From the NCBI GenBank assembly GCA_032718475.1, contig JAUCBJ010003850.1, forward strand, positions 1 through 35,391: a stretch of DNA of 35,391 bases, given 5' to 3'. Positions 25,101-32,980 of the stretch are shown in pieces; within the stretch, counting starts at the first letter, position 1, and each line of letters starts with the position of its first letter. This DNA comes from Nemertoderma westbladi (Eukaryota > Animalia > Xenacoelomorpha). The position numbers and the translations under genes are program-made. The notes beneath the pieces were generated by a model that had not been told where the DNA came from, did not search any database, and saw nothing but the letters and a program-made list of their open reading frames with translations.

Positions 25101-28100
25101 GGCCGTCACCACCCTCCCGCCAACCCAGTCTGTGTCCGAGTGGCCGATCCTCCCGATGGGCGGCATCTCTCCGAACTCGTCGTCGTCCTCATCCTCCTCT
25201 GGGAGTGGCTCCAACCCCGGTTTCCCGGTGGACCCACTGTGTCCCTTCCCTCCTTGGCTCTCGCCCGTAACTTTCCATCCTTCCAGCTCCCCTAGCCTCC
25301 TTAGCGGCTGGTCGCCCTCGGCGCCCGCTGGTATGGGCGTCGCCTGCAATCCCGAGTCGACTGTTTCAGTGATCCCACCGTCCATCCCAATTCTCGCCCT
25401 AGAGACTCCCCCGAACTCCCTGACAATGTCCAACAAAGTTTGTCTAAGGCCGCCTGTTCCTCGAAGCCGTAGCTCTGTGCCCTAGCTTCCTCCTCCCTTT
25501 CCTCTGCTTCTCTCCTCTCCTGTCTAGCGATTTCTTCCAATCACTCCAGTCCATCGGTTTGTGACACACGAGCCCCATTAGCTGGCCCATTGCCACCGAC
25601 CCACAATGTCCTGTGTTCTCCACTAGTCCCAACCTGCCTGGTGCTGTCATAGCCATATAGACCGTCTGCATATCCAGAAGGTTGGGGGTGTCCGGACCGA
25701 TGATTCTCTCCGCATCGTCGCGAATCGCCGATCCCACTTTTGTCATCAACTTCTCTCTCACTAGGGTTTGCACCGCCTTCGGCAACCGGTTCAACTTCGG
25801 CCCGTCCTTCTTTCCATACGTTCCTAGATCGAATAGGAATATACCCCCATTTGGCGCGGCCAAATGTAGGAGTATGGTTCTGGCTGACCCCGCCGATCCT
25901 CTGCTCGAACCCTCCTCGTCTTCCACGGTCCCCTCATCGTCTAGGACCATGTATCCTTCTCTGCTGACGGACTCTACGAACCTCTTCCAATCTTTCCTCG
26001 GTGGCTCTCTCGCGTACTTCGGAATCCCGAACTTCGCCTCATCTCCTTTCACCACGTAGTGGAAATGCTCGAAGATTGCGTTGTCCAGCGACGGCGTCCC
26101 GTAGGTCCCAACCAGCCGCTGTTCGTGCACCTCCCTGAAATGGTCTTGTAGCGCTCGCGCTCCGTGACCTCTCTCTAACCGCTCGTAGTATCCCCTTGTC
26201 TTCTCTTCCGGATGCCTCTTGGTGAAATCCACCAGTATCTCCTTTCCTCCTGACTCCGCCTTTCTCTTCCTGATCAGTTTCCCCGCCATTCCAAACTCTC
26301 TCACTCACTCACCTGTAAGGTGGTGCCTTGCCAAGGCGCAGTACAGATGAGTGATAAGTTTAAGATGGTCTGTACAGTTCGACAATGGCCTATTTCCTAC
26401 TTAATTTTGAGTTATAGCCTAATTTTTCCTATTTAATTTCTAAAACTGTCAAATTGTACCCTAAATTACAATTTTGTCCGTTACTTTAATTATGTTCCAG
26501 AATTTTCTTTCTACTGATTCCATCATTTATCTAATTTTCTAATTCTTATCTTATTTTAATTTAATCGTACTGTGCTACTACTTACTTATTATCCCCACTC
26601 GCCACCTATTACTTCACTATCTCTCACTTCACCTCCACACCCCTCTCCAGTCGACACACTAACCCTACTGCGGCTGGGTCTATTCACCCCCGCCTCTCCC
26701 TCTGCTACTGTGTGGCCTACCAGGCCCTCCACTTCCTGCCTACTAACCACGTGGCCTACCAGGCCCTCACTGGGTTGATTCAACCCCGCCACCTCCTGCC
26801 TACTAACTACGCGGCCTACCAGGCCCTCACTGGGTTGACTCAACCCCGCCACTTTCTGCCTACTAACTACGCGGCCTACCAGGCCCTCACTGGGTTGACT
26901 CAACCCCGCCACTTCCTGCCTACTAACTACGTGGCCTACCAGGCACACATTGGGGTTTCTCATCCCTGCCTCTCCCTCTGTTACTGTGTGGCCTACCAGG
27001 CCCTCATTTGCCGGGCTATGCACGTCCGCCACGCTCATATTAATAGCACCATCCCCAATATTATCTGTTAAGTCAATTAAATCTTCCAAATCAATCAAAT
27101 TATTTTGCACGCCTAAATTAGAAACGGAATTATTTTGTTCGTTCGAAATAAGATTATTTGAATTATTTTGCGTATTTGTATTATTTGAATTATTTTGCGT
27201 ATTTATATTATTTGAATTATTTTGTAAATTTAGATTTAGATTATTTGAATTAGGACTATTCGGATTATTCGGATTATTTCTATTTAAATTTAAATTACTA
27301 CTACTAGGTAAAATATTTCCTGCAATAAAAGTTTGGTTAGAATTATCCAATACGGTACTATTAATATTAACGTTATCTACTGTATTATTATTACCCCCCC
27401 CCCCCCCCCCCCCCCGCCCGTATGGTCACACCAGTCTTGGGTCTGTCGTGCGGTCCCTGTAAGTGGGGTATTAATAAACGTTTCCACAGCCCTTGGCTCC
27501 TCGTAAATACTCGAGCCAGTCTTGCTCTCTGACAATCCCATCTGCGCTAGTTCCAGTCTGCGCTTCTGTTTGGCTTGATACTGAATAAGCCCCCTTAGGC
27601 GGGCATGCAAATCATCCCGCACACGCTTCCCCGTTGCCTCTCTTTCCAGATCCTCCCGCGCACTCTGGTCGGCTAGTTCCGCCTCTCTCGCAACTCTCTC
27701 CAGTCGTCTCACCTCGCGCTCTTTTCGCTCGCTCTGCTCTCTCGCCTCACGCTCCTCACGCCTATTCTGCTCTCTCACCTCGCGCTCTTCTTGCTCCTTC
27801 CTTTCTATCCTCCCTATTTCCTCGCACTCCTTAAAGCTTCTCGCGACCTTCTCGGCCCTCTCTCTGTTCACTCTAACCAGTTCTTTCTCCTTCTCTAATA
27901 ACGCACTCCCTTCCTCTAACTGTCTCTCTAGTTCTCTCTGGTCTAGCGCCGCCAGATCGAGCTGGCACGCCAGATCTATTTCCCTCACCCGTCTTTCTTT
28001 TGCGGAGGATGTAGCAGACTTATCGGTCGCGACGGACTCCCGTCGCCTTCCCGTCCTACTAACTTTCCCCCTCCTACCGGAATTTTCTCCGACTGACGAG

Positions 28101-30225
28101 ACCGAATCCTCAGGGTTAACCTCGGATTCGCTCTCCTGCGGTCTCCTCCAACCCACTAATTTTACTCCCCGGGCATCGACTAAGTATGGCCCTATGTACA
28201 CTACGCTAGGTTCCATACCCCTACATTCCCATAGTTCGAACAGTTCGCTGGCAACCCCTCTCGCTCTCTCATCGGCTAGTTCTCCCTGCAAAAATGCATT
28301 AGGTAATCAAAATGTCTGTTCGACTCACCTAGCCGCTTCTTTAACTTCACCTCGTCTATCTTCGCCCCTCCTTTGGCCTCTCTCAGCTGCTTCCGGGTCG
28401 CGGCGTAGGCTCGTCGGAGCCGTTCGCTGATGCCGACGTCCTCGTCGCCGACATCTCCTTTATCCCTCCGGGTCCGGCGTCGTACTGGCGGCCCCACTGT
28501 CGCCGTTCCGGTGGGCCATCCGTCGCCCTCGGCCTGTGGCTGGCCGGCGACATCGTCACGTCGACCGCCGCTGTGTGTCGTCTCGTCTCTCTCCTCTCCC
28601 GACTCATCCTCTCGTTGTAGACGGCCCCCCTCCTCTTGGATTGCTGGATCGCCTGTGGCCGACGAACCCGGCGTCGTGGGTCGGTACCGTCGCGTCGCGG
28701 CCTCGCGGATCGTTAGGTCTTTATCATCGTCCGGGGTCCGCGGCGGTGTCGTTTCTCTTTCACTCATCTTTGTCTGGCTGACTTGTCAGTTTCTAGCAGG
28801 CAACAATCGGTTCTTATTACTGTGACGGGATCCACCGAGGATCCCGGTTTATCTGGTTATCTGACTTACGCGTTCCCCGCCATATGTGTATGAAAAGAGT
28901 TCTAGATTGTTGAGAGTTATTCCGACTTTGTTGTAAGATGATATATATAAAATGTAGAATTAACAAGTGAAGTATAAGCACGATTGTAGAATATAATTGT
29001 ACCGGTAAAGCTGAATTATTATGGATGACGGCAGTGAATGGTAATAAGAGTTCCCGTTCTACCCTAACTAAAACTGACTGACTAAGTGAATGAAATTGGC
29101 ACAAGAACCGGTAATATATTGCACTGGTTGGCCGCATTACATTACTCAGCGGATGCCTTCCCCCCATTGGCTAATAACTCACTTCTCACCCTCCCATCTC
29201 CCTGGGAGTGCTTCCCCCCCGCTGCTGTCTCTCTCTCCCTCCCGGAGGTGTAACCTCTGACCTCCTTTGTGTGTGTGTCCTTTGGGGTTTGTCGCCCCAT
29301 TTTATTGGGGTGACACGAGGTTGATTGGTGATCAACCTCGTGCTTCCAATATTGCTTAAAACCAACTTTGTGTGTGCCTGGTTAGCGGAATTGAATACGC
29401 TAACAAGAGGACTCATTGTTACAGTGGACACTTTGCCCTAATAGACCGTTTTTCCTGCTGGTCATGCACCCGCAGTTATTGTCTGGTATTATTGTCTGAT
29501 ACAGTGGTTGGCAATGACGCTGTATTACCAGGTTCATTTTTTAATCGATTCGAGCAAATATTGTAGCGAAAAGTTGACATTCAATTCCAGTTTGCTTTCG
29601 GGATGCCAATCAATAAAAGTTTTCCACTGTTATCTGCCTATTTATGGAGGCAAGCTGGCCGATTTAATTAGGATCCTGTGGAGCCCTTAGTAATCTATTA
29701 AATGATTGACGTCATAATAAGAATGATGTTAAGGATTACTCAGCCTATTTATTTAAATAATTAGAACGCTACACAGCACTTCCATGTGCCAAAAAATAAT
29801 GCACTAATTGGTTCATATGTATCTCTGAATTCTTTCATTATCACAATATAACATTATTATGTATATTGCCTATTGATTTATTTTCCTAATCAAAACAGAG
29901 TGGATTTTATGTTGTTTTCAGATTTTACTGGCGAAAACATAAAGCTACGTCATGGATAATTTAAGTCAATATCCCTCACCATATAGGAAAATTAACTTTC
30001 TCTTAAAAAATTATATAAATTCAAAATTATGGAAAATTAATTTCGTAGTTATTAATATATTTATTATAAACCAGTACCTGGCTTCTTGATAATTTCATCA
30101 ATCTCAATAGAAACGTGTTGTCCTTCTCTCTCAACAGTAACTGTATGCCATTCATTATCAATAAAACCAGAGCCAGCGTAGAATTCCTCAGAACCGCCAT
30201 TCCCGAAGTGGATGGATAGTTTCAT
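6863..30225 (-). CDS. NRXN: Alpha-neurexin-like gene, partial: 7 coding exons, 1653 nt = 551 aa (LNS4 C-term, LNS5, EGF3, LNS6)
   Basis: Exons 30078-30225, 16222-16846, 14940-15091, 10708-10827, 10250-10431, 7365-7533 and 6863-7119 all have AG acceptors and GT donors with matching phases (1,2,1,1,0,1). The joined protein is collinear with the vertebrate neurexin-1 alpha LNS4-LNS5-EGF3-LNS6 sequence as recalled. Confidence 0.9.
7365..7533 (-). CDS. NRXN: Neurexin exon: middle of LNS6 (frame not shown in the ORF track)
   Basis: TTTTTCCCAG acceptor and GTCAGT donor. VGGFIHVMYNTGGTDHILRHSRPVGDGVPHLVRFRRFQTEAELWIDNEDRITYTPRG resembles HQGKIGVKFNVGTDD...[23 protein letters not shown]...RYPAG. Confidence 0.9.
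8207..8843. mobile_element. MITE-like non-autonomous DNA element with imperfect TIRs, subterminal 63-bp tandem repeats and an internal foldback
   Basis: The left end CCCTACCCCCAAAGGCGGCACACTGCC is an imperfect inverted copy of the right end GGCACTCTGCCGCCCTGGGGGTCAGGA, flanked by TTA/TAA. The 63-bp unit starts at 8224, 8287 and 8350. Confidence 0.55.
8438..8630. repeat. Long inverted repeat (arms about 80 bp, spacer about 33 bp)
   Basis: 8438-8520 is the reverse complement of 8554-8630 apart from two substitutions and a 6-bp insertion (GGCCTA) in the left arm. Confidence 0.9.
10250..10431 (-). CDS. NRXN: Neurexin exon: start of LNS6
   Basis: GCTTTAG acceptor and GTGAGT donor. DTATKYFFYGSTYLAYRWPKSEQLHTTEDRLAFSITT...LIVRVEGMNNNDFMEVRL resembles GTTYIF...[24 protein letters not shown]...LVRVDS...DYLELHI. 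Confidence 0.92.
10708..10827 (-). CDS. NRXN: Neurexin exon: EGF-like repeat 3
   Basis: 120-nt phase 1-1 exon encoding SPDLQCNMDTCLNGGRCELKWMGPICHCEMTAHRGRRCDE, with six cysteines in EGF spacing. Confidence 0.93.
10845..11489. repeat. 28-bp minisatellite split in two blocks (10845-11094 and 11331-11489)
   Basis: Unit TACCGGTACATACTGTACCACAGAGTAC, about 9 plus about 5.5 copies. Confidence 0.95.
11095..11330 (-). mobile_element. Probable 5'-truncated retroposed fragment (LINE/SINE 3' end) inserted in the minisatellite
   Basis: It begins with a T-run (A-tail on minus) and is flanked by the 15-bp direct repeat ACTCTACCACAGAGT (11080-11094, 11331-11345). Confidence 0.5.
13968..14404. mobile_element. 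hAT-like MITE (437 bp)
   Basis: Imperfect TIRs GAGGGACGTAGCCAGG / CCTGCCTACGCCCCTG and a perfect 8-bp TSD AGACTAAT (13960-13967, 14405-14412). 8-bp TSDs are typical of hAT elements. Confidence 0.85.
14940..15091 (-). CDS. NRXN: Neurexin exon: end of LNS5
   Basis: ATTTCAG acceptor and GTAAGG donor. DMYMNLNTKIKSMKGFLGCLTGLDLNGRMPNL...QISQGCN resembles [32 protein letters not shown]...QIERGCE. Confidence 0.93.
15335..15909. repeat. Two diverged copies (about 15335-15450 and 15777-15909) of a short foldback element
   Basis: Both share GCACTTTA...TGATCCGAGTG.TTTGTTA...AGTGAGTG.AAATA. The second copy is an imperfect palindrome (TACATACTTG...CAAGTATGTA; ACTTTACAGTG...CACTGTAAAGT). Confidence 0.6.
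16222..16846 (-). CDS. NRXN: Neurexin exon: end of LNS4 and most of LNS5
   Basis: ATTTCAG acceptor and GTAAGT donor. Motifs PPNFVGHIRNVEFN, VTFTTANSFLSL, FQFLTTHRNGIILYN, DFLCVELVDGYLFYTFDTGSG, PLNDNSWHSVAIERD and KNLDLNKQISIGG match neurexin LNS4/5. Confidence 0.95.
17794..17986 (-). mobile_element. Short non-autonomous Helitron-like element
   Basis: On minus it inserts between A and T, starts TC(TTATATATA) and ends CTAG. It has a subterminal hairpin (AATACC...GGTATT), an internal (CT)n/CTGT microsatellite and no TSD. Confidence 0.65.
18013..18352. repeat. Degenerate tandem repeat, about 147-160 bp period, about 2.3 copies
   Basis: GCTGGCTACTTATATTTTTCGTCCAC.GACACCCATAAAAGTACCAATCACACTGTAGCAGTGTCTATATAA at 18013 and 18160, with a partial third copy at about 18320. 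Confidence 0.85.
18812..18840. mobile_element. Possible piggyBac-like terminus (partner end not identified)
   Basis: CCCCCGGCCGAAATAGGG followed by TTAA. Confidence 0.3.
20056..20306 (+). mobile_element. 251-bp insertion nested in the LINE, possibly a Penelope-like pseudo-LTR fragment
   Basis: Flanked by the 12-bp direct repeat AAGTTGTGCTAA (20044-20055, 20307-20318); contains a hammerhead-like core. Confidence 0.65.
20188..20228 (+). ncRNA. Minimal type I hammerhead ribozyme-like motif (probably degenerate)
   Basis: TCTG-CTGAAGA-CACCCAAAACGGCC-GAAA-TGCGCA-TA-CAGA: both core boxes, a palindromic stem III, and stem I TCTG/CAGA. Stem II is weak. Confidence 0.55.
22266..22476 (+). mobile_element. 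tRNA-derived SINE
   Basis: Pol III A box TGGTGTAGTGG (about 22276) and B box GTTCGATCC (about 22320), a LINE-like 3' stem-loop region, and a (TTTAC)n tail. Confidence 0.8.
23006..23584 (-). repeat. 3' LTR (579 bp)
   Basis: TGTTAGCG...GTCACA on minus. It differs from the 5' LTR by 8 scattered transitions, a 3-bp indel and one short variable patch. Confidence 0.96.
23585..23593 (-). other. Polypurine tract
   Basis: The minus strand reads ATGGGGGGAG immediately before the TGT of the 3' LTR. Confidence 0.8.
24276..25436 (-). CDS. Protein with acidic/disordered N-terminus and three CX2CX4HX4C zinc knuckles (start uncertain)
   Basis: CDYCGRQTHQKRSC, CLYCRESSHRMGAC and CSKCNFRGHYGRQC at 24657-24827, followed by a globular-looking helical region (FRIFEEWADVGAMTRQR...FRWGFF). 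Confidence 0.8.
   Translation of the reverse strand: MLDIVREFGGVSRARIGMDGGITETVDSGLQATPIPAGAEGDQPLRRLGELEGWKVTGESQGGKGHSGSTGKPGLEPLPEEDEDDDEFGEMPPIGRIGHSDTDWVGGRVVTASGARAFWDRPGKRAWVHEEPAMDFAGSTIRLGEQPGTAPRVVFGETMPGRGEEIDVDRDANVRKFAYQRLHRPRRSLGTKDDVGRETLVLGCDYCGRQTHQKRSCLYRFQKGTSCLYCRESSHRMGACPRLHNRCSKCNFRGHYGRQCDWMDDEEKFRIFEEWADVGAMTRQRMKAQEFRWGFFNINQEAYMEIIKRRLPFTYQEVATAASYAEVINTQRYLDRWMPQNRGEFRDFLAEHVPRAMKVAAAGKRPREEDDRGKELRWFPKAGGTN
25444..26289 (-). CDS. DEDDy 3'-5' exonuclease-like protein (WRN-exo/EXD/RNase D type), C-terminus possibly frameshifted
   Basis: ExoI MVLDDEG, ILLHLAAPNGGIFLFDL, LPKAVQTLV...KVGSAIRDDAERI (ExoII), NLLDMQ, LMGLVCHK...SDW. No in-frame YAAxD ExoIII. The first ATG is at 26289; the ORF track starts at GTG 26304. 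Confidence 0.7.
   Translation of the reverse strand: MAGKLIRKRKAESGGKEILVDFTKRHPEEKTRGYYERLERGHGARALQDHFREVHEQRLVGTYGTPSLDNAIFEHFHYVVKGDEAKFGIPKYAREPPRKDWKRFVESVSREGYMVLDDEGTVEDEEGSSRGSAGSARTILLHLAAPNGGIFLFDLGTYGKKDGPKLNRLPKAVQTLVREKLMTKVGSAIRDDAERIIGPDTPNLLDMQTVYMAMTAPGRLGLVENTGHCGSVAMGQLMGLVCHKPMDWSDWKKSLDRRGEKQRKGRRKLGHRATASRNRRP
26589..28767 (-). pseudogene. Gag-like ORF1 (about 725 codons) broken into three frames at two homopolymer runs
   Basis: ORFs 28276-28767, 27377-28291 and 26589-27350 join by small indels at a T5 run (about 28290) and a long G run (about 27393-27415). It contains a PEDSVSSVG/Ser-Arg segment and an E/R coiled coil resembling BEL/Pao gag N-termini, then Asn-rich and repeat regions. 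Confidence 0.65.
26680..27006 (-). repeat. 60-bp in-frame tandem repeat (20-aa unit EGLVGRVVSRQEVAGLSQPS) in ORF1
   Basis: GTGGCCTACCAGGCCCTC...CCTACTAACTAC recurs with 60-bp period between about 26750 and 26945, with shorter variant units on each side. Confidence 0.9.
28821..29405 (-). repeat. 5' LTR (585 bp)
   Basis: Direct repeat of 23006-23584. Candidate TATA-like AATATATTA (29120-29112) and initiator TCATTC (29093-29088) on minus. Confidence 0.96.
30078..30225 (-). CDS. NRXN: Neurexin exon within LNS4 (not in the ORF track)
   Basis: TATTCAG acceptor and GTACTG donor. MKLSIHFGNGGSEEFYAGSGFIDNEWHTVTVEREGQHVSIEIDEIIKKPG resembles [42 protein letters not shown]. Phase 1 fits the 16846 acceptor. 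Confidence 0.9.
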
Positions 30226-31210
30226 CTGAATAACATAAAAATCGAATTAAATGTTAACGTTAATTATGTGATTAGATAATTCCAAATTGAAATTAAACAG
30301 GCATATTACGAAATAAAGTGACATTCCAATACTGCTTATTTCAACTCAACTTCTGTTACTTAAAACCAAAAAGAATAAGAAAAAGACATGTTTATTTATA
30401 TATTATATTCCTTGGAAGGGGTAAATCTTCACGAAGCACGGACTTTCAATATATCCCATATATCTTACATTATCAAAATAAACTAAATCTGGACTACTTA
30501 GATCGAGTAGTGCATCTTAACCAAATACCTATTTATATATCTTACATAATAAATGTAACATTTATAATAGAAAACGTATATGTTATTTTCTATAATATTA
30601 TTATTAAAAATATTTCAAAATCTAGTTAGGTTAGATTTTAGACACAGTCACCTTCAGTGATGGCAAAAAATTATGTCTATATTTTCTCAATTTTTTTCGG
30701 ATAATAAAATAGTAAATAAAATTTTAAACTAAGTTAGTATAACATTTATGGATAGGATGGTAGAGTATAGAAGTATGTAGGGAATAAACAGACACATAAG
30801 TAAATACATGCTTATTAATTATAATAATTTATTTAGATTTGACATAGACTACAGCAGGAAAATATTATGAGTTTGGAAAGACAGATAAACAATGCGAGTT
30901 ACTATATAGACGAGAATGAGCTAGGTCTGTTAATATTATTGGAATTTATGAGTGAGATATATATATGGATTCATAAGTGATGACCTAAAAAATAGTTAAT
31001 AAAACATAGCCTTGTTGTTGTGTATGTATTATATTCCAATAAAAAATATGAAATAGATTATAAATTTTGATTATATAAAAATGTTGATAATATAAGAATA
31101 TTATATATACGATAAAATCATTTAAAGAACATATGTCTATTAATAACATGCCCCCCTGACACCCCAACTAACAGGCAGCGGGTGTGGATGGAGCCTGTGC
31201 TGTGCAATGC

Positions 31211-32980
31211 TACTGGCGTCGCAGCATCACCATGCGCCCTCTTGCAAAATTTTGCCTGCGCCCCCTTACAGTGCATTAAAAAGTAAAATTTTAAAGCAAG
31301 TTGCCAAATTTGGCTTGTGCGTACCACCCCACTACCCCCCCCCCCCCCCCAACCCCATTACATTAAAAAGTACACAATCTGAATTTGTAACATAATTGAA
31401 AAATATCTGTGTCTGAGATATGGCAGTTTAGTTTTGTGTAGATATGATAGTTAGAAAGTTGCATGTTTTTGCATCAACGCAAGTGACTCAGTCAAGTGGG
31501 TCAGTCATATTCTCAATTTTTGTGAGTTTAAATTTCTAGTACTCCTACTAACATTAGCGGTAGCGCCATGGTGCGATATACACAAATACACTAAAAATGA
31601 TACCTTAATTATCTCGATAATCTGAAAATAGCAGTTTTGTTTCTTATTTGTGTTTTTTGTTCCTTTTTTTCTGCCCTTTTATTACTTTTTTCGAGCTTCT
31701 TTTTCACATTTTTATGCTTTTTTGTGCTTTTAGTAGTATTTTTTAGTAAGTCCCTCCTTGCACGGACAACTTTCTAATAGTACCAACAAATCACTATAAG
31801 GTTGAAGCAAATTTCATGCAATCTCATAAAGATTTGACAGAATATCTAAGAAAATATAAAATACTAAGTTACTAGCTCGGGATATTCCACAACGAAATTA
31901 AGACTATGTTACATATTTGGAATTGCATGAACATTTACTTTGCGGTGGTTCTAAATAACAACTGTTCTATTGCCCTTTCGATGCTACAAAATATTATCAT
32001 GTTCATGTACTGTTGTAATAAACATTTATTGATCGAATTTATTAACATCCTATTTATTAATATATTTTTTCATATTTTTTCACTGAGCACGTAAACTGCA
32101 TTGTTGTAAAAATCGGCTGCACCCCCACAGGCCTTGCGCCCCCCAGGAGTGCAAGGGTCGCAGGGGTGGCTGCGCCCCCACAGGCCTTGCGCCCCCCAGG
32201 AGTGCAAGGGTCGCAGGGGTGGCTGCGCCCCCACAGGCCTTGCGCCCCCCAGGAGTGCAAGGGTCGCGGCGGTGGCTGCGCCCCCCAGGAGTGCAAGGGT
32301 CGCAGGGGTGGCTGCGCCCCCAGAGGCCTTGCGCCCCCCAGGAGTGCAAGGGTCGCGGCGGTGGCTGCGCCCCCACAGGCCTTGCGCCCCCCAGGAGTGC
32401 AAGGGTCGCGGCGGTGGCTGCGCCCCCACAGGCCTTGCGCCCCCCAGGAGTGCAAGGGTCGCAGGGGTGGCTGCGCCCCCACAGGCCTTGGGCCCCCCAG
32501 GAGTGAAAGGGTCGCGGCGGTGGCTGCGCCCCCACAGGCCTTGCGCCCCCCAGGAGTACAAGGGTCGCAGGGGTGGCTGCGCCCCCACAGGCCTTGCGCC
32601 CCCCAGGAGTGCAAGGGTCGCGGCGGTGGCTGCGCCCCCACAGGCCTTGCGCCCCCCAGGAGTGCAAGGGTCGCGGCGGTGGCTGCGCCCCCACAGGCCT
32701 TGCGCCCCCCAGGAGTGCAAGGGTCGCAGGGGTGGCCGGCTGCGCCCCCACAGGCCTTGCGCCCCCCTGGAGTGCAAGGGTCGCAGGGGTGGCTGCGCCC
32801 CCACAGGCCTTGCGCCCCCCTGGAGTGCAAGGGTCGCAGGGGTGGCTGCGACGCCCCTGCGCCCCCACAGGCCTTGCGCCCCCCAGGAGTGCAAGGGTCG
32901 CAGGGGTGGCCGGCTGCGCCCCCACAGGCCTTGCGCCCCCCAGGAGTGCAAGGGTCGCAGGGGTGGCTGCGCCGCCCCTA
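31211..32980. mobile_element. Probable non-autonomous TIR element enclosing the GC-rich minisatellite
   Basis: The ends TACTGGCGTCGCAGC / GCTGCGCCGCCCCTA match 12/15 as inverted repeats and are flanked by the direct repeat GCAATGC (31204-31210, 32981-32987). Confidence 0.6.
32115..32972. repeat. GC-rich 53-bp minisatellite, about 16 copies
   Basis: Unit GGCTGCGCCCCCACAGGCCTTGCGCCCCCCAGGAGTGCAAGGGTCGCAGGGGT, with a CGCGGCGGT variant. Confidence 0.97.

Larger units (their letters stand above)
23006..29405 (-). mobile_element. Non-autonomous LTR retroelement (6.4 kb), BEL/Pao-like, lacking pol, carrying exonuclease and zinc-knuckle ORFs
   Basis: Two direct LTRs with TG...CA ends, a 5-bp TSD AGAGG (23001-23005, 29406-29410) and a PPT next to the left LTR. 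All sense ORFs are on minus; no PR/RT/RH/IN motifs were seen. Confidence 0.93.

Noticed and set aside
24261-25295. 344-aa plus-strand ORF (and 25018-25485, 25682-26059, 26950-27462)
   Set aside because: Antisense shadows of GC-rich or low-complexity minus-strand ORFs, with no motifs.
28287-28329. 43-nt GTGAGT...TTTTTGCAG candidate intron joining the first two ORF1 pieces
   Set aside because: The donor is phase 1 but the downstream ORF needs phase 0; splicing gives a stop after five codons.
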